A DNA stretch of 64,000 nucleotides from Escherichia coli (GCF_050920415.1 NZ_CP169309.1), one strand, 5' to 3'. Positions 1-12,653 are shown, counted from the stretch's first letter. Numbers and translations: made by a program. Notes: a model not told the origin generated them from the sequence alone.

Positions 1-293
1 TCTCTTACAGCGGCAGTAAAAAAGAGATTTTGCTATGCGCCGAGGCAGCGCGAAAGCAGGGGGCAACGGTGATTGCCATTACTTCACTGACTGATTCTTC
101 GCTGCGGCGGTTGGCACATTTCACCCTCGATACCGTTTCTGGTGAAACCGAATGGCGTAGCTCGTCGATGTCCACCCGCACGGCGCAAAATTCGGTTACC
201 GATTTACTGTTTGTTGGGCTGGTACAACTTAATGATGTCGAGTCATTGAAAATGATTGAGCGCAGCAGTGAGCTAACACAACGCCTGAAATGA
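1..293 (+). CDS. murR: MurR/YfeT-type SIS-domain transcriptional regulator, C-terminal part (5' end lies outside the window)
   Basis: Reading frame is open from the window edge with no upstream stop; translation ...[27 protein letters not shown]... matches the MurR C-terminus as recalled; position upstream of ucpA fits K-12 synteny. Confidence 0.75.
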   Translation, partial: SYSGSKKEILLCAEAARKQGATVIAITSLTDSSLRRLAHFTLDTVSGETEWRSSSMSTRTAQNSVTDLLFVGLVQLNDVESLKMIERSSELTQRLK

Positions 294-421
294 TGCATAA
301 AGCAGCGACTGGATTGAGATTTTCCTGAATTAGTGAGCTGATCCGCAGCAATATTTTGTTTATCCTGTATTTTCAGAGGGAATGGAGTGTAACGCTCTGT
401 ATTAACAAGGAGAGCATTAAA

Positions 422-1213
422 ATGGGTAAACTCACGGGCAAGACAGCACTGATTACGGGCGCATTGCAGGGAATTGGCGAAGGAATTGCCAGAACTTTTG
501 CGCGTCATGGCGCAAACCTAATCTTGCTGGATATCTCCCCTGAGATCGAAAAGCTGGCGGACGAACTGTGTGGTCGTGGTCATCGCTGTACGGCGGTTGT
601 CGCCGATGTGCGTGACCCGGCGTCGGTAGCCGCAGCTATCAAGCGCGCAAAGGAAAAAGAAGGGCGCATTGATATCCTGGTGAATAACGCAGGCGTTTGT
701 CGTCTGGGCAGTTTCCTCGATATGAGCGATGAAGATCGCGATTTCCATATTGATATCAATATAAAAGGCGTATGGAACGTCACGAAGGCGGTGCTGCCGG
801 AGATGATTGCCCGCAAAGATGGTCGCATTGTGATGATGTCTTCGGTCACTGGCGATATGGTGGCCGATCCGGGCGAAACGGCGTATGCCTTAACGAAAGC
901 GGCGATTGTTGGCCTGACTAAATCGCTGGCGGTGGAGTACGCGCAGTCTGGTATTCGCGTTAACGCCATCTGCCCAGGATATGTTCGCACGCCAATGGCG
1001 GAAAGCATCGCGCGTCAGTCAAACCCGGAGGATCCGGAATCGGTGCTGACTGAAATGGCGAAAGCAATCCCGCTGCGTCGCCTCGCCGATCCGCTGGAAG
1101 TTGGCGAACTGGCGGCCTTCCTCGCATCCGATGAATCCAGCTATTTAACCGGTACACAGAATGTGATTGATGGCGGCAGCACACTGCCGGAGACGGTTAG
1201 CGTCGGCATCTGA
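422..1213 (+). CDS. ucpA: short-chain dehydrogenase/reductase UcpA
   Basis: ORF 356..1213 trimmed to the internal ATG giving MGKLTGKTALITGALQGIGEGIA (Rossmann TGxxxGIG motif, 263 aa); synteny next to cysP. Confidence 0.85.
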   Translation: MGKLTGKTALITGALQGIGEGIARTFARHGANLILLDISPEIEKLADELCGRGHRCTAVVADVRDPASVAAAIKRAKEKEGRIDILVNNAGVCRLGSFLDMSDEDRDFHIDINIKGVWNVTKAVLPEMIARKDGRIVMMSSVTGDMVADPGETAYALTKAAIVGLTKSLAVEYAQSGIRVNAICPGYVRTPMAESIARQSNPEDPESVLTEMAKAIPLRRLADPLEVGELAAFLASDESSYLTGTQNVIDGGSTLPETVSVGI

Positions 1214-1516
1214 TTCACCTCTGTTTCCTCCCTGCATGTGTGGGGAGGATTTCGTCTTGAACTAAGTTCACCAGGCTATTTTATTTGTCATTTTGGCCCC
1301 GGGCAGTGCTCGAAATCCTCACGTACTATGTGTACGCTCCGGTTTCTCCGCGCTGTTCGTGTCCAAACTGACTGCAACAATTACGCCTGTTGAACCAAGT
1401 TCTTATTCCCTTTTCAACTTCCAAATCACCAAACGGTATATAAAACCGTTACTCCTTTCACGTCCGTTATAAATATGATGACTAATAGAAAGTCATTTAA
1501 TTAATAAGGGTGCGCA

Positions 1517-2533
1517 ATGGCCGTTAACTTACTGAAAAAGAACTCACTCGCGCTGGTCGCTTCTCTGCTGCTGGCGGGCCATGTACAGGCAACGGAACTG
1601 CTGAACAGTTCTTATGACGTCTCCCGCGAGCTGTTTGCTGCCCTGAATCCGCCGTTTGAGCAACAATGGGCCAAAGACAACGGCGGCGATAAACTGACGA
1701 TAAAACAATCTCATGCCGGGTCATCAAAACAGGCGCTGGCGATTTTGCAGGGCTTAAAAGCGGACGTTGTCACTTATAACCAGGTGACCGACGTGCAGAT
1801 CCTGCATGATAAAGGCAAGCTGATCCCGGCTGACTGGCAGTCGCGCCTGCCGAATAACAGCTCGCCGTTTTACTCCACCATGGGCTTCCTGGTGCGTAAG
1901 GGCAACCCGAAGAATATCCATGACTGGAACGATCTGGTGCGCTCCGACGTGAAGCTGATTTTCCCGAACCCAAAAACCTCCGGTAACGCGCGTTATACCT
2001 ATCTGGCGGCATGGGGCGCAGCGGATAAAGCTGACGGTGGCGATAAAGCCAAAACCGAACAGTTTATGACCCAGTTCCTGAAAAACGTGGAAGTGTTCGA
2101 TACCGGCGGTCGTGGCGCGACCACTACTTTTGCCGAGCGCGGGCTGGGCGATGTGCTGATTAGCTTCGAATCGGAAGTGAACAACATCCGCAAGCAGTAT
2201 GAAGCGCAGGGCTTTGAAGTGGTGATTCCGAAAACCAACATTCTGGCGGAATTCCCGGTGGCGTGGGTCGATAAAAACGTGCAGGCCAACGGCACGGAAA
2301 AAGCGGCAAAAGCTTACCTGAACTGGCTCTACAGCCCACAGGCGCAAACGATCATTACCGATTATTACTACCGCGTGAATAACCCGGAAGTCATGGACAA
2401 ACTGAAAGACAAATTCCCGCAGACCGAGCTGTTTCGCGTGGAAGATAAATTTGGCTCCTGGCCGGAAGTGATGAAAACCCACTTCAACAGCGGCGGCGAG
2501 TTAGACAAGCTGTTAGCGGCGGGGCGTAACTAA
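1517..2533 (+). CDS. cysP: thiosulfate/sulfate-binding periplasmic protein CysP
   Basis: 338-aa ORF with N-terminal signal peptide; first gene of the cysPUWA run with contiguous/overlapping junctions. Confidence 0.95.
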   Translation: MAVNLLKKNSLALVASLLLAGHVQATELLNSSYDVSRELFAALNPPFEQQWAKDNGGDKLTIKQSHAGSSKQALAILQGLKADVVTYNQVTDVQILHDKGKLIPADWQSRLPNNSSPFYSTMGFLVRKGNPKNIHDWNDLVRSDVKLIFPNPKTSGNARYTYLAAWGAADKADGGDKAKTEQFMTQFLKNVEVFDTGGRGATTTFAERGLGDVLISFESEVNNIRKQYEAQGFEVVIPKTNILAEFPVAWVDKNVQANGTEKAAKAYLNWLYSPQAQTIITDYYYRVNNPEVMDKLKDKFPQTELFRVEDKFGSWPEVMKTHFNSGGELDKLLAAGRN

Positions 2534-3366
2534 TGTTTGCAGTTTCTTCCAGACGCGTGCTGCCGGGCTTTACCTTAAGCCTCGGCACCAGTCTGCTGTT
2601 TGTGTGCCTGATTTTGCTGCTGCCGCTCTCCGCACTGGTGATGCAACTGGCTCAGATGAGCTGGGCGCAGTATTGGGAGGTGATCACCAACCCGCAGGTG
2701 GTTGCGGCCTATAAAGTGACGCTGCTGTCGGCGTTTGTGGCATCGATTTTTAACGGCGTTTTCGGCCTGCTGATGGCGTGGATTTTAACCCGCTATCGCT
2801 TTCCGGGCCGCACGCTGCTTGATGCGCTGATGGATTTACCGTTTGCGCTACCAACGGCGGTAGCAGGTTTAACGCTGGCCTCGCTCTTTTCCGTGAACGG
2901 TTTTTACGGTGAATGGCTGGCGAAGTTTGATATCAAAGTCACCTATACGTGGCTTGGTATCGCGGTGGCGATGGCCTTTACCAGTATTCCGTTTGTGGTG
3001 CGTACCGTGCAGCCGGTGCTGGAGGAGTTAGGCCCGGAATATGAAGAAGCCGCAGAAACGCTCGGCGCAACGCGCTGGCAGAGTTTCTGCAAAGTGGTGC
3101 TGCCGGAGCTTTCTCCGGCGCTGGTGGCGGGCGTGGCGCTGTCGTTTACCCGTAGTCTCGGTGAGTTTGGTGCGGTGATTTTTATCGCCGGGAACATCGC
3201 CTGGAAGACGGAAGTGACGTCGCTGATGATTTTTGTTCGCTTACAGGAGTTTGATTACCCGGCGGCGAGCGCAATTGCTTCGGTGATCCTCGCGGCGTCA
3301 CTGCTGCTGCTGTTCTCAATTAACACTCTGCAAAGTCGCTTTGGTCGGCGTGTGGTAGGTCATTAA
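2533..3366 (+). CDS. cysU: sulfate/thiosulfate ABC transporter permease CysU (CysT)
   Basis: 277-aa polytopic membrane protein; start adjoins cysP stop. Confidence 0.95.
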   Translation: MFAVSSRRVLPGFTLSLGTSLLFVCLILLLPLSALVMQLAQMSWAQYWEVITNPQVVAAYKVTLLSAFVASIFNGVFGLLMAWILTRYRFPGRTLLDALMDLPFALPTAVAGLTLASLFSVNGFYGEWLAKFDIKVTYTWLGIAVAMAFTSIPFVVRTVQPVLEELGPEYEEAAETLGATRWQSFCKVVLPELSPALVAGVALSFTRSLGEFGAVIFIAGNIAWKTEVTSLMIFVRLQEFDYPAASAIASVILAASLLLLFSINTLQSRFGRRVVGH

Positions 3367-4241
3367 TGGCGGAAGTGACACAGTTGAAGCGTTATGACGC
3401 GCGCCCAATTAACTGGGGCAAATGGTTTCTGGTTGGCATCGGGATGCTGGTTTCGGCGTTCATCCTGCTGGTGCCGATGATTTACATTTTCGTGCAGGCA
3501 TTCAGCAAAGGGCTGATGCCGGTGTTACAGAATCTTGCTGACCCGGACATGCTGCACGCTATTTGGCTGACGGTGATGATCGCGCTGATTGCCGTACCGG
3601 TAAACCTGGTGTTCGGTATTCTGCTGGCGTGGCTGGTGACGCGCTTTAACTTCCCCGGACGCCAGTTATTGCTGACGCTGCTGGACATTCCGTTTGCCGT
3701 GTCGCCGGTGGTTGCCGGTCTGGTCTATCTGCTGTTCTACGGCTCTAACGGCCCGCTCGGCAGCTGGCTGGATGAACATAATCTGCAAATTATGTTCTCC
3801 TGGCCGGGAATGGTGCTGGTCACCATCTTCGTGACCTGTCCGTTTGTGGTGCGCGAGCTGGTGCCGGTGATGTTAAGCCAGGGCTGCCAGGAAGACGAAG
3901 CGGCGATTTTGCTTGGCGCGTCTGGCTGGCAGATGTTCCGCCGCGTCACGCTGCCGAACATCCGCTGGGCGCTGCTTTACGGCGTGGTGCTGACCAACGC
4001 CCGCGCGATAGGCGAGTTTGGCGCGGTGTCGGTGGTATCCGGCTCGATTCGCGGCGAAACACTTTCGCTGCCGTTACAGATTGAATTGCTGGAGCAGGAC
4101 TACAACACCGTCGGCTCCTTTACCGCCGCTGCGCTGTTGACGCTGATGGCGATTATCACCCTGTTTTTAAAGAGTATGTTGCAGTGGCGCCTGGAGAATC
4201 AGGAAAAACGCGCGCAACAGGAGGAACATCATGAGCATTGA
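3366..4241 (+). CDS. cysW: sulfate/thiosulfate ABC transporter permease CysW
   Basis: 291-aa membrane permease; start adjoins cysU stop. Confidence 0.95.
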   Translation: MAEVTQLKRYDARPINWGKWFLVGIGMLVSAFILLVPMIYIFVQAFSKGLMPVLQNLADPDMLHAIWLTVMIALIAVPVNLVFGILLAWLVTRFNFPGRQLLLTLLDIPFAVSPVVAGLVYLLFYGSNGPLGSWLDEHNLQIMFSWPGMVLVTIFVTCPFVVRELVPVMLSQGCQEDEAAILLGASGWQMFRRVTLPNIRWALLYGVVLTNARAIGEFGAVSVVSGSIRGETLSLPLQIELLEQDYNTVGSFTAAALLTLMAIITLFLKSMLQWRLENQEKRAQQEEHHEH

Positions 4242-5328
4242 GATTGCCAATATTAAGAAGTCGTTTGGTCGCACCCAGGTGCTGAACGATATCTCACTGG
4301 ATATTCCTTCTGGTCAGATGGTCGCATTGCTGGGGCCGTCCGGTTCCGGGAAAACCACGCTGCTGCGGATTATCGCCGGGCTGGAGCATCAAACCAGCGG
4401 GCATATTCGTTTCCACGGCACCGACGTCAGCCGCCTGCATGCACGCGATCGTAAAGTCGGTTTCGTGTTTCAGCATTACGCGCTGTTCCGCCATATGACG
4501 GTGTTCGACAATATCGCCTTCGGCCTGACGGTGCTGCCGCGTCGCGAGCGCCCGAATGCCGCAGCCATCAAAGCGAAAGTGACAAAATTGCTGGAAATGG
4601 TGCAGCTTGCGCATCTGGCGGATCGTTATCCGGCCCAGCTTTCAGGCGGGCAGAAACAGCGTGTGGCGCTGGCGCGCGCGCTGGCTGTGGAACCGCAAAT
4701 TCTGCTGCTTGATGAACCGTTTGGCGCGCTGGATGCGCAGGTGCGTAAAGAGCTGCGTCGTTGGCTGCGTCAGTTGCATGAAGAGCTGAAATTCACCAGC
4801 GTGTTCGTTACCCACGACCAGGAAGAAGCGATGGAAGTCGCCAACCGCGTTGTGGTGATGAGCCAGGGCAATATCGAACAGGCTGATGAACCGGATCAGG
4901 TCTGGCGCGAACCGGCGACCCGTTTTGTGCTGGAGTTTATGGGCGAAGTGAACCGCTTGCAGGGAACGATTCGCGGTGGGCAGTTCCACGTTGGTGCGCA
5001 CCGCTGGCCGCTGGGATACACCCCTGCGTATCAGGGGCCGGTGGATCTCTTCCTGCGCCCGTGGGAAGTGGATATCAGCCGCCGCACCAGCCTCGATTCG
5101 CCGCTGCCGGTGCAGGTGCTGGAAGCCAGCCCGAAAGGCCACTACACCCAATTAGTCGTGCAGCCGCTGGGGTGGTATGAAGATCCGCTCACCGTGGTAA
5201 TGCGTGGCGATGATGCGCCAGTGCGCGGCGATCGTTTGTTCGTCGGGCTGCAACATGCGCGGCTGTATCACGGCGACGAGCGTATTGAAACCCGTGATGA
5301 GGAACTTGCCCTCGCACAAAGCGCCTGA
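4231..5328 (+). CDS. cysA: sulfate/thiosulfate ABC transporter ATP-binding protein CysA
   Basis: 365 aa with Walker [13 protein letters not shown] signature LSGGQKQR and Walker B ILLLDEP; overlaps cysW end. Confidence 0.95.
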   Translation: MSIEIANIKKSFGRTQVLNDISLDIPSGQMVALLGPSGSGKTTLLRIIAGLEHQTSGHIRFHGTDVSRLHARDRKVGFVFQHYALFRHMTVFDNIAFGLTVLPRRERPNAAAIKAKVTKLLEMVQLAHLADRYPAQLSGGQKQRVALARALAVEPQILLLDEPFGALDAQVRKELRRWLRQLHEELKFTSVFVTHDQEEAMEVANRVVVMSQGNIEQADEPDQVWREPATRFVLEFMGEVNRLQGTIRGGQFHVGAHRWPLGYTPAYQGPVDLFLRPWEVDISRRTSLDSPLPVQVLEASPKGHYTQLVVQPLGWYEDPLTVVMRGDDAPVRGDRLFVGLQHARLYHGDERIETRDEELALAQSA

Positions 5329-5400
5329 TAGGTTGAGTGAATGTTAAACGCCCGGAGGCGCTTCCCGCGATCCGGGCTTTTTAATGGCAAGGTTTTGTAA

Positions 5401-5437
5401 CCTGTAGGCCTGATAAGACGCGTAAACGTCGCATCAG
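5401..5437. repeat. REP (repetitive extragenic palindromic) element
   Basis: gtaggcctgataagacgcg...cgcatcaggc imperfect palindrome typical of enterobacterial REP, between cysA and cysM. Confidence 0.5.
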
Positions 5438-5462
5438 GCAACACCACGTATGGACAGAGATC

Positions 5463-6374
5463 GTGAGTACATTAGAACAAACAATAGGCAATACGCCTCT
5501 GGTGAAATTACAACGAATGGGGCCGGATAACGGCAGTGAAGTGTGGTTAAAGCTGGAAGGCAATAATCCGGCCGGTTCGGTGAAAGATCGTGCGGCGCTT
5601 TCGATGATCGTCGAGGCGGAAAAGCGCGGGGAAATTAAACCGGGTGATGTGTTAATCGAAGCCACCAGTGGTAACACCGGGATTGCGCTGGCAATGATTG
5701 CCGCGCTAAAAGGCTATCGCATGAAATTGCTGATGCCCGATAACATGAGCCAGGAGCGTCGCGCGGCGATGCGTGCCTACGGTGCGGAGCTAATTCTGGT
5801 CACCAAAGAGCAGGGCATGGAAGGTGCGCGCGATCTGGCGCTAGAGATGGCGAATCGTGGCGAAGGCAAGCTGCTCGATCAGTTTAATAATCCCGATAAT
5901 CCTTATGCGCATTACACCACCACCGGGCCGGAAATCTGGCAGCAAACCGGCGGTCGCATTACCCATTTTGTCTCCAGCATGGGGACGACCGGTACGATTA
6001 CCGGCGTGTCGCGCTTTATGCGCGAGCAATCCAAACCGGTGACCATTGTTGGTCTGCAGCCGGAAGAGGGCAGCAGCATTCCCGGCATTCGTCGCTGGCC
6101 TGAGGAATATCTGCCAGGCATCTTCAACGCTTCGCTGGTGGATGAGGTGCTGGATATTCATCAGCGCGATGCGGAAAACACCATGCGCGAACTGGCAGTG
6201 CGGGAAGGGATTTTCTGCGGTGTAAGTTCCGGCGGCGCGGTTGCCGGAGCACTGCGGGTGGCAAAAGCCAACCCCGGCGCTGTAGTGGTGGCGATCATCT
6301 GCGATCGCGGCGATCGCTACCTTTCTACCGGGGTGTTTGGGGAAGAGCACTTTAGTCAGGGGGCGGGGATTTAA
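5463..6374 (+). CDS. cysM: cysteine synthase B (O-acetylserine sulfhydrylase B)
   Basis: 303 aa, PLP-lysine motif SVKDRAA, probable GTG start; downstream of cysA. Confidence 0.95.
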   Translation: MSTLEQTIGNTPLVKLQRMGPDNGSEVWLKLEGNNPAGSVKDRAALSMIVEAEKRGEIKPGDVLIEATSGNTGIALAMIAALKGYRMKLLMPDNMSQERRAAMRAYGAELILVTKEQGMEGARDLALEMANRGEGKLLDQFNNPDNPYAHYTTTGPEIWQQTGGRITHFVSSMGTTGTITGVSRFMREQSKPVTIVGLQPEEGSSIPGIRRWPEEYLPGIFNASLVDEVLDIHQRDAENTMRELAVREGIFCGVSSGGAVAGALRVAKANPGAVVVAIICDRGDRYLSTGVFGEEHFSQGAGI

Positions 6375-6410
6375 GGATTAATAGCATTGGAGGCTGATGA
6401 CAAACGCAAA

Positions 6411-6512
6411 ACTGCCTGATGCGCTACGCTTATCAGGCCTACAAGGTTCCTGTAATATATTGAATTAGCAATATTTTGTAGGCCGAATAAGGCGTTTACG
6501 CTGCATCTGGCA
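6411..6512. repeat. cluster of two REP elements
   Basis: gcctgatgcgctacgcttatcaggcctac and gtaggccgaataaggcgtttacgctgcatctggca in the cysM-yfeS intergenic region. Confidence 0.5.
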
Positions 6513-6578
6513 TAAACAAAGTGCACTTTGTCAATAATCTGCTTTGTCGGCAGTTGTTGCTGCCGACAAATGCAGTTT

Positions 6579-7313
6579 TTAATTTTCGTGTGGAAACGTA
6601 GTAAGGTCATCAATCATTTTTTGAAGTATTGGTGAGTCCTGACCATCACCCCATTGAAGAATTTTTGCGGTAAGCTGATGACGGGCTAGTGCATTGAGTC
6701 CCATCTTTTTAAGTTTATGGGAGATTTTACCCATGACTTTAATCTGACCGAATGCAGTTGCGTAGGTAATCATATTGCTCTGGATAGTGCTCATTTCATC
6801 GGCTAGTAATTGCGCACGAATATCCTCTTCAAGAATACTTTCCATAGCGATATATTTCATACCCCAGATAGTTTCAATTAACATTTGAGGGAAATCAGCA
6901 CAATCTAGATCCGGCTCTTTACGCAGGCTATTTTCAAGAACGTTTAGAGCATCAGCACCTTCATCGCTGCCAAAAGGTGATTCTTCATCCCAGCAACACA
7001 CATAAAGTGGATCAGTAAAATGGCACTGGAAGTTTGGGTGTGACGTTTTAACATGTAACCCAATTTCTTCATCATCAAAATAGTAGCGATCCATGTAGTT
7101 AAAGTTTGGATCTTCTTGATAGCCTTTCTTCATTTTTGCGGCAATCAATTTACTGGCTTCTTTCAGACACTGTTCTTCATTATCGAACTCTTTTGTCTGG
7201 AATTTACCAATATTACCTACCTTGCCATAGTTGATAGCTAAACTATCCCCTTCGTAATCTATCCACCAAAATTTATTCGATTTTTCATCGTTATAAATAA
7301 AGCATTTTTTCAT
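6579..7313 (-). CDS. yfeS: WGR-domain protein YfeS
   Basis: 244-aa ORF with N-terminal WGR-like segment (FWWIDYEGDSLAINYGKVGNIGKFQTKEF); synteny. Confidence 0.8.
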   Translation of the reverse strand: MKKCFIYNDEKSNKFWWIDYEGDSLAINYGKVGNIGKFQTKEFDNEEQCLKEASKLIAAKMKKGYQEDPNFNYMDRYYFDDEEIGLHVKTSHPNFQCHFTDPLYVCCWDEESPFGSDEGADALNVLENSLRKEPDLDCADFPQMLIETIWGMKYIAMESILEEDIRAQLLADEMSTIQSNMITYATAFGQIKVMGKISHKLKKMGLNALARHQLTAKILQWGDGQDSPILQKMIDDLTTFPHEN

Positions 7314-7345
7314 GTTACCTCCTGTAAATGCCTTGCCAAAGCGGA

Positions 7346-7720
7346 TTAATTCCCTTCCGCAGGCACCGTTTTATCCGTCTGCGCAATTAACGCATGTAAA
7401 AAAGGTTGCGCGTTTTCATCGCTCTTACCGGGCATCTTCACGATATACGGCTTCCCGGTAATCGATGATGACGAAGCAACCTTATCAATAAATTGCTCAG
7501 CAGTATCAATGCGATTACGGGTATTGCCCAGCTTCAGACGCAAATGGGAAACCGCTTCATCGCAGGTATGTTCATCGCCGTTGCGCACAAATATCAAATC
7601 CTTTTTCTGTGCTAATCCCTCCAGCATGGCGTTGATGCGGGCTTCTTCGTGGGCGGTTAACTTCGCGTAAGCGGGGAGTGTCATTAGCAGCGTAATGACC
7701 AGACAAATGATTTTCTTCAT
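7346..7720 (-). CDS. yfeK: secreted protein YfeK
   Basis: 124 aa with cleavable signal peptide [19 protein letters not shown]; synteny between yfeS and pdxK. Confidence 0.75.
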   Translation of the reverse strand: MKKIICLVITLLMTLPAYAKLTAHEEARINAMLEGLAQKKDLIFVRNGDEHTCDEAVSHLRLKLGNTRNRIDTAEQFIDKVASSSSITGKPYIVKMPGKSDENAQPFLHALIAQTDKTVPAEGN

Positions 7721-7745
7721 TGAATTACCTTATCCTTGTTTTGTG

Positions 7746-7811
<66 letters not shown>

Positions 7812-7824
7812 GAGAAAAAATTAA

Positions 7825-8676
7825 ATGAGTAGTTTGTTGTTGTTTAACGATAAGAGCAGGGCATTGCAGGCGGATATCGTCGCCGTGCAGTCGCAGGTAG
7901 TGTACGGCAGCGTAGGCAACAGCATTGCCGTGCCTGCTATCAAACAGAACGGCCTGAATGTCTTTGCCGTGCCGACGGTATTGCTGAGCAATACGCCGCA
8001 TTATGACACTTTCTACGGTGGTGCGATTCCGGACGAATGGTTTAGCGGTTATTTGCGTGCGCTTCAGGAGCGTGATGCGCTGCGCCAGCTGCGCGCTGTC
8101 ACCACGGGCTATATGGGAACGGCATCGCAAATCAAAATCCTTGCCGAGTGGCTGACTGCGCTACGCAAAGACCATCCTGACTTATTGATTATGGTCGATC
8201 CGGTGATTGGCGATATTGATAGCGGAATTTATGTCAAACCTGACCTTCCTGAGGCATACCGACAATATTTACTGCCTCTGGCGCAGGGTATTACGCCCAA
8301 TATCTTTGAGCTGGAAATCCTGACAGGTAAAAATTGCCGCGATCTCGACAGCGCCATTGCTGCCGCAAAAAGTCTGCTTTCAGACACATTAAAGTGGGTG
8401 GTGATTACCAGTGCCTCCGGTAATGAAGAAAATCAGGAGATGCAGGTGGTGGTGGTCAGTGCCGACAGCGTGAATGTCATTTCCCATTCACGGGTTAAAA
8501 CTGACCTGAAAGGGACTGGCGACCTGTTTTGTGCTCAGCTTATCAGTGGCTTGTTGAAAGGTAAGGAATTAACTGACGCGGTACATAGCGCGGGATTACG
8601 CGTGCTGGAGGTGATGCGCTATACCCAGCAGTATGGTAGCGATGAATTGATTTTGCCGCCGCTGACTGAAGCATAA
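7825..8676 (+). CDS. pdxK: pyridoxal/pyridoxine/pyridoxamine kinase PdxK
   Basis: 283 aa, ribokinase-like PdxK family sequence; synteny next to crr. Confidence 0.9.
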   Translation: MSSLLLFNDKSRALQADIVAVQSQVVYGSVGNSIAVPAIKQNGLNVFAVPTVLLSNTPHYDTFYGGAIPDEWFSGYLRALQERDALRQLRAVTTGYMGTASQIKILAEWLTALRKDHPDLLIMVDPVIGDIDSGIYVKPDLPEAYRQYLLPLAQGITPNIFELEILTGKNCRDLDSAIAAAKSLLSDTLKWVVITSASGNEENQEMQVVVVSADSVNVISHSRVKTDLKGTGDLFCAQLISGLLKGKELTDAVHSAGLRVLEVMRYTQQYGSDELILPPLTEA

Positions 8677-8678
8677 AA

Positions 8679-8703
8679 AAATGGCGCCGATGGGCGCCAT
8701 TTT
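8679..8703. terminator. bidirectional intrinsic terminator between pdxK and crr
   Basis: aaaaaaatggcgccgatgggcgccattttt: GC-rich hairpin flanked by A-run and T-run. Confidence 0.55.
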
Positions 8704-8718
8704 TCACTGCGGCAAGAA

Positions 8719-9228
8719 TTACTTCTTGATGCGGATAACCGGGGTTTCACCCACAGTCACGCTACCGGACAGTTTGATCAGTTCTTTGATTTCGTCCATG
8801 TTGGAGATAACAACCGGAGTCAGGGTAGACTTGGCTTTCTCTTCCAGCAGCGGCAGATCGAATTCAATCACGGTATCACCAACTTTCACGCGCTGACCTT
8901 CTTCAGCAATACGCTTGAAGCCTTCGCCTTTCAGTTCAACGGTGTCGATACCGAAGTGGACGAACAGTTCAACGCCGCTATCAGATTCGATAGAGAACGC
9001 GTGGTTGGTCTCAAAGATTTTACCAATGGTGCCGTCTACAGGCGCGACCATTTTGTTTCCAGTTGGTTTGATAGCAATGCCATCACCAACGATTTTTTCC
9101 GCAAAAACGACATCCGGCACGTCTTCGATATTGACGATCTCGCCAGAGAGCGGAGCAATGATCTCAATAGTTCCGGTATCCTTCTTGTCGTCGGAAACCA
9201 GAGATTTCAGTTTATCGAACAAACCCAT
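8719..9228 (-). CDS. crr: PTS glucose-specific EIIA component (EIIA-Glc)
   Basis: 169 aa [16 protein letters not shown]... matches Crr as recalled; pts operon context. Confidence 0.97.
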
Positions 9229-9268
9229 GATCTTCTCCTAAGCAGTAAATTGGGCCGCATCTCGTGGA

Positions 9269-10996
9269 TTAGCAGATTGTTTTTTCTTCAATGAACTTGT
9301 TAACCAGCGTCATTAACTCGTCCGTTGTCGGTTGAGCAAGAGCCTGCTCTGCTAACACCTTCGCATCTTCGAAGTTCGTGTTACGGATAATCTTCTTAAT
9401 GCGCGGGATAGAAATGGCGCTCATAGAGAATTCGTCCAGACCCATCCCCAGCAACAGAAGTGTAGCACGTTCATCGCCAGCAAGCTCACCACACATGCCA
9501 GTCCATTTGCCTTCAGCATGAGAAGCATCAATAACTTGCTTGATCAAGTTCAGCACGGACGGTGACATTGGCTGGTAAAGGTGTGAAATCATATCATTAC
9601 CACGGTCAACTGCCAGAGTGTACTGCGTTAAATCATTGGTGCCGATACTAAAGAAATCAACTTCTTTGGCTAAATGACGTGCAATTGTTGCGGCCGCTGG
9701 TGTTTCCACCATTACGCCGATTTCAATTGACTCGTCAAACGCTTTACCTTCGTCGCGCAGTTCCTGTTTGTAGATTTCGATCTCTTTGCGCAGTGCACGC
9801 ACTTCTTCAACAGAGATGATCATCGGGAACATGATGCGCAATTTACCGAAAGCAGAGGCACGCAGGATAGCGCGGAGCTGATCGCGAAGGATCTCTTTAC
9901 GATCCATCGCGATACGGATAGCGCGCCAGCCGAGGAACGGGTTCTCTTCTTTCGGGAAGTTCATGTATGGCAGCTCTTTGTCGCCGCCGATGTCCATGGT
10001 ACGAACGATAACCGCTTGTGAGCCACACGCTTCAGCTACTGCTTTGTAAGCAGCAAACTGTTCTTCTTCAGTGGGCAGCGCGTCGCGGTCCATGAACAGG
10101 AACTCAGTACGATAAAGACCAACGCCTTCAGCGCCGTTACGCTCAGCACCTTCAACGTCACGAACCGTACCGATGTTAGCGCACACTTCTACCTGGTGAC
10201 CGTCCAGCGTAATAGCTGGCAGATCTTTCAGTTTAGCAAGCTCTGCTTTTTCAGAAGCCACTTGCTCCTGAACAGCGCGCATTTTATCAATAACTTCGTT
10301 GGTTGGATTGACGTAAACCTGATTATTTACGGCATCCAGAATCAGATAGTCGTCATTTTTCACCTGAGAGGTGACGCTACCGGTACCCACGATAGCAGGC
10401 AGTTCCAGAGAACGCGCCATGATAGAGGTGTGGGAAGTACGGCCACCCGCGTCGGTGATGAAACCCAGCACCTTCTTCAGGTTCAGCTGTGCGGTTTCGG
10501 ACGGCGTCAGATCAGCGGCAACCAGAATGACTTCATCCTGAATGGCGCTCAGGTCGATAATCTTCAGGCCCAGGATGTTGCGCAGCAGGCGCTTACCGAT
10601 ATCACGTACGTCAGCCGCACGTTCTTTCAGGTATTCATCATCCAGTTCTTCCAGGGCAGAAGCCTGACCTTCGATAACTTCATGAGCAGCTGCGTCAGCT
10701 GTCATGTGCTTATCTTTAATCAGGGCTATGATTTCCTGCTCCAGCTCCTCATCTTCGAGCAGCATAATATGCCCTTCAAAGATGGCTTCTTTTTCTTCAC
10801 CGAACGTTTCACCAGCTTTCGTTTTGATCGTTTCCAGCTGGGCTGATGCCTTGGCACGACCGCTCAGAAAACGTTCAACTTCCTGATCAACCTGGTCGGC
10901 AGAAATTTTTTTCCGGTCAATGACAATTTCGTCTTCTTTCAGAAGCAGAGCTTTACCGAAAGCGATACCCGGGGATGCTAAAATGCCTGAAATCAT
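9269..10996 (-). CDS. ptsI: PTS enzyme I
   Basis: 575 aa [19 protein letters not shown]..., PEP-utilising enzyme family. Confidence 0.97.
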   Translation of the reverse strand: MISGILASPGIAFGKALLLKEDEIVIDRKKISADQVDQEVERFLSGRAKASAQLETIKTKAGETFGEEKEAIFEGHIMLLEDEELEQEIIALIKDKHMTADAAAHEVIEGQASALEELDDEYLKERAADVRDIGKRLLRNILGLKIIDLSAIQDEVILVAADLTPSETAQLNLKKVLGFITDAGGRTSHTSIMARSLELPAIVGTGSVTSQVKNDDYLILDAVNNQVYVNPTNEVIDKMRAVQEQVASEKAELAKLKDLPAITLDGHQVEVCANIGTVRDVEGAERNGAEGVGLYRTEFLFMDRDALPTEEEQFAAYKAVAEACGSQAVIVRTMDIGGDKELPYMNFPKEENPFLGWRAIRIAMDRKEILRDQLRAILRASAFGKLRIMFPMIISVEEVRALRKEIEIYKQELRDEGKAFDESIEIGVMVETPAAATIARHLAKEVDFFSIGTNDLTQYTLAVDRGNDMISHLYQPMSPSVLNLIKQVIDASHAEGKWTGMCGELAGDERATLLLLGMGLDEFSMSAISIPRIKKIIRNTNFEDAKVLAEQALAQPTTDELMTLVNKFIEEKTIC

Positions 10997-11040
10997 AACC
11001 CTACCTTACTTGTGACTGATTTTTAAAAGAACCCGGGAAA

Positions 11041-11298
11041 TTACTCGAGTTCCGCCATCAGTTTAACCAGATGTTCAACCGCTTTCTGTTCGTCTTCGCC
11101 TTCTGCGGAGATAGTCACAACGGTACCTTGAGTCAGGCCCAGAGTCTGCAGTTTAAACAGGCTTTTCGCGCTGGCGCTTTTGCCGTTGGAAGTCACAGTA
11201 ATTTCAGAAGTGAAGCCCTTAGCTTCTTTTACAAACTGGGCAGCAGGGCGGGTGTGCAGACCGTTCGGAGCGGTAATGGTAACTTCTTGCTGGAACAT
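11041..11298 (-). CDS. ptsH: phosphocarrier protein HPr
   Basis: 85 aa [27 protein letters not shown] with active-site His15 context. Confidence 0.97.
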
Positions 11299-11681
11299 TG
11301 TATTTCCCCAACTTATAGGTTTAGTGTTGTGGAACTAAAGTCTAGCCTGGCGGTTCGACTTTAGCCTGTATTGTTAGCGCCAGTTTTTAACAGACGCGAC
11401 GCACGAAGAGCGCAATACAGTCCTTTGCTGGCGGGTGTTGACCGCTGACGTTTCGTACGTCATTAAACATTATGCCGCTAAAGGAAGAATTGAACCAAAT
11501 CATAAAATCGATTCAGCTATGGCTTTTCCTGTAACGATTAATTTCGCGCATCAAAATAATTAGTCTGGTTAAATACCAGTTCCGACAGGCTGAATCAATG
11601 CCAGGAGGGGCGAAAGTTTGAAGCAGGCCACAAAAAAGCACCTGAAAAGGTGCTTTTTTACGCATTTTTAACAAGCTGGCA

Positions 11682-12653
11682 TTACTGTTGCAATTCTTTC
11701 TCAGTGAAGAGATCGGCAAACAATGCGGTGCTTAAATAACGCTCACCCGATGACGGTAGAATAACCACAATATTCTTGTTGGTAAAGCTTTCATCTTCTT
11801 GTAGTTTCAATGCTGCAGCAACAGCCGCTCCAGAAGAGATACCTGCAAGAATACCTTCCTCTTCCATCAGACGACGCGCGGTAGAAATAGCTTCTTCATT
11901 GGTGATGCCAATGACTTTATCGACCAGCTTGAGATCAAGGTTAGCCGGGATAAAACCAGCGCCAATCCCCTGAATTTTATGCGGGCCAGGTTTAATCTCT
12001 TCACCTGCCAGCGCCTGGGCGATAACCGGAGAATCGGTTGGCTCCACGGCGACAGAGATGAGATCGGTCTTGCCTTTGGTGCCTTTAATGTAGCGGCTGA
12101 CGCCGGTCAGCGTACCGCCAGTCCCAACACCAGCAATAAATACATCAACCTGACCGTCGGTATCTTCCCAGATCTCCGGACCGGTGGTTTTTTCGTGAAT
12201 TTCAGGGTTTGCCGGATTGCTGAATTGTTGCAGCAGTAGGTATTTCTCTGGATTGCTGGCGACAATTTCTTCTGCTTTTTGGATTGCGCCTTTCATGCCT
12301 TTAGCACCTTCGGTCAGCACCAGGTTTGCACCTAACGCTTTCAGCAGCTTGCGGCGTTCAATACTCATGGTTTCTGGCATGGTCAGGGTGAGTTTGTAAC
12401 CGCGAGCGGCAGCCACATAGGCCAGTGCAATCCCGGTATTACCGCTGGTTGGTTCAACCAGTTCAACGCCTGGTTTCAGCACGCCGCGCTTTTCGGCATC
12501 CCAAATCATATTGGCACCGATACGGCACTTAACGCTGAAGCTGGGGTTACGAGATTCCACCTTCGCCAGAATGCGTCCGTTACCGATGCGATTCAGGCGA
12601 ACCAGCGGTGTGTGACCGATAGTCAGCGAGTTATCTTCAAAAATCTTACTCAT
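11682..12653 (-). CDS. cysK: cysteine synthase A (O-acetylserine sulfhydrylase A)
   Basis: 323 aa [24 protein letters not shown]...; PLP enzyme; synteny. Confidence 0.97.
   Translation of the reverse strand: MSKIFEDNSLTIGHTPLVRLNRIGNGRILAKVESRNPSFSVKCRIGANMIWDAEKRGVLKPGVELVEPTSGNTGIALAYVAAARGYKLTLTMPETMSIERRKLLKALGANLVLTEGAKGMKGAIQKAEEIVASNPEKYLLLQQFSNPANPEIHEKTTGPEIWEDTDGQVDVFIAGVGTGGTLTGVSRYIKGTKGKTDLISVAVEPTDSPVIAQALAGEEIKPGPHKIQGIGAGFIPANLDLKLVDKVIGITNEEAISTARRLMEEEGILAGISSGAAVAAALKLQEDESFTNKNIVVILPSSGERYLSTALFADLFTEKELQQ

Noticed and set aside
1754-2482. 242-aa minus-strand ORF inside cysP
   Set aside because: Overlaps the well-supported cysP frame on the opposite strand; shadow ORF.
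10196-10846. 216-aa ORF on the plus strand inside ptsI
   Set aside because: Antisense shadow ORF within a highly conserved gene; no RBS and no independent support.
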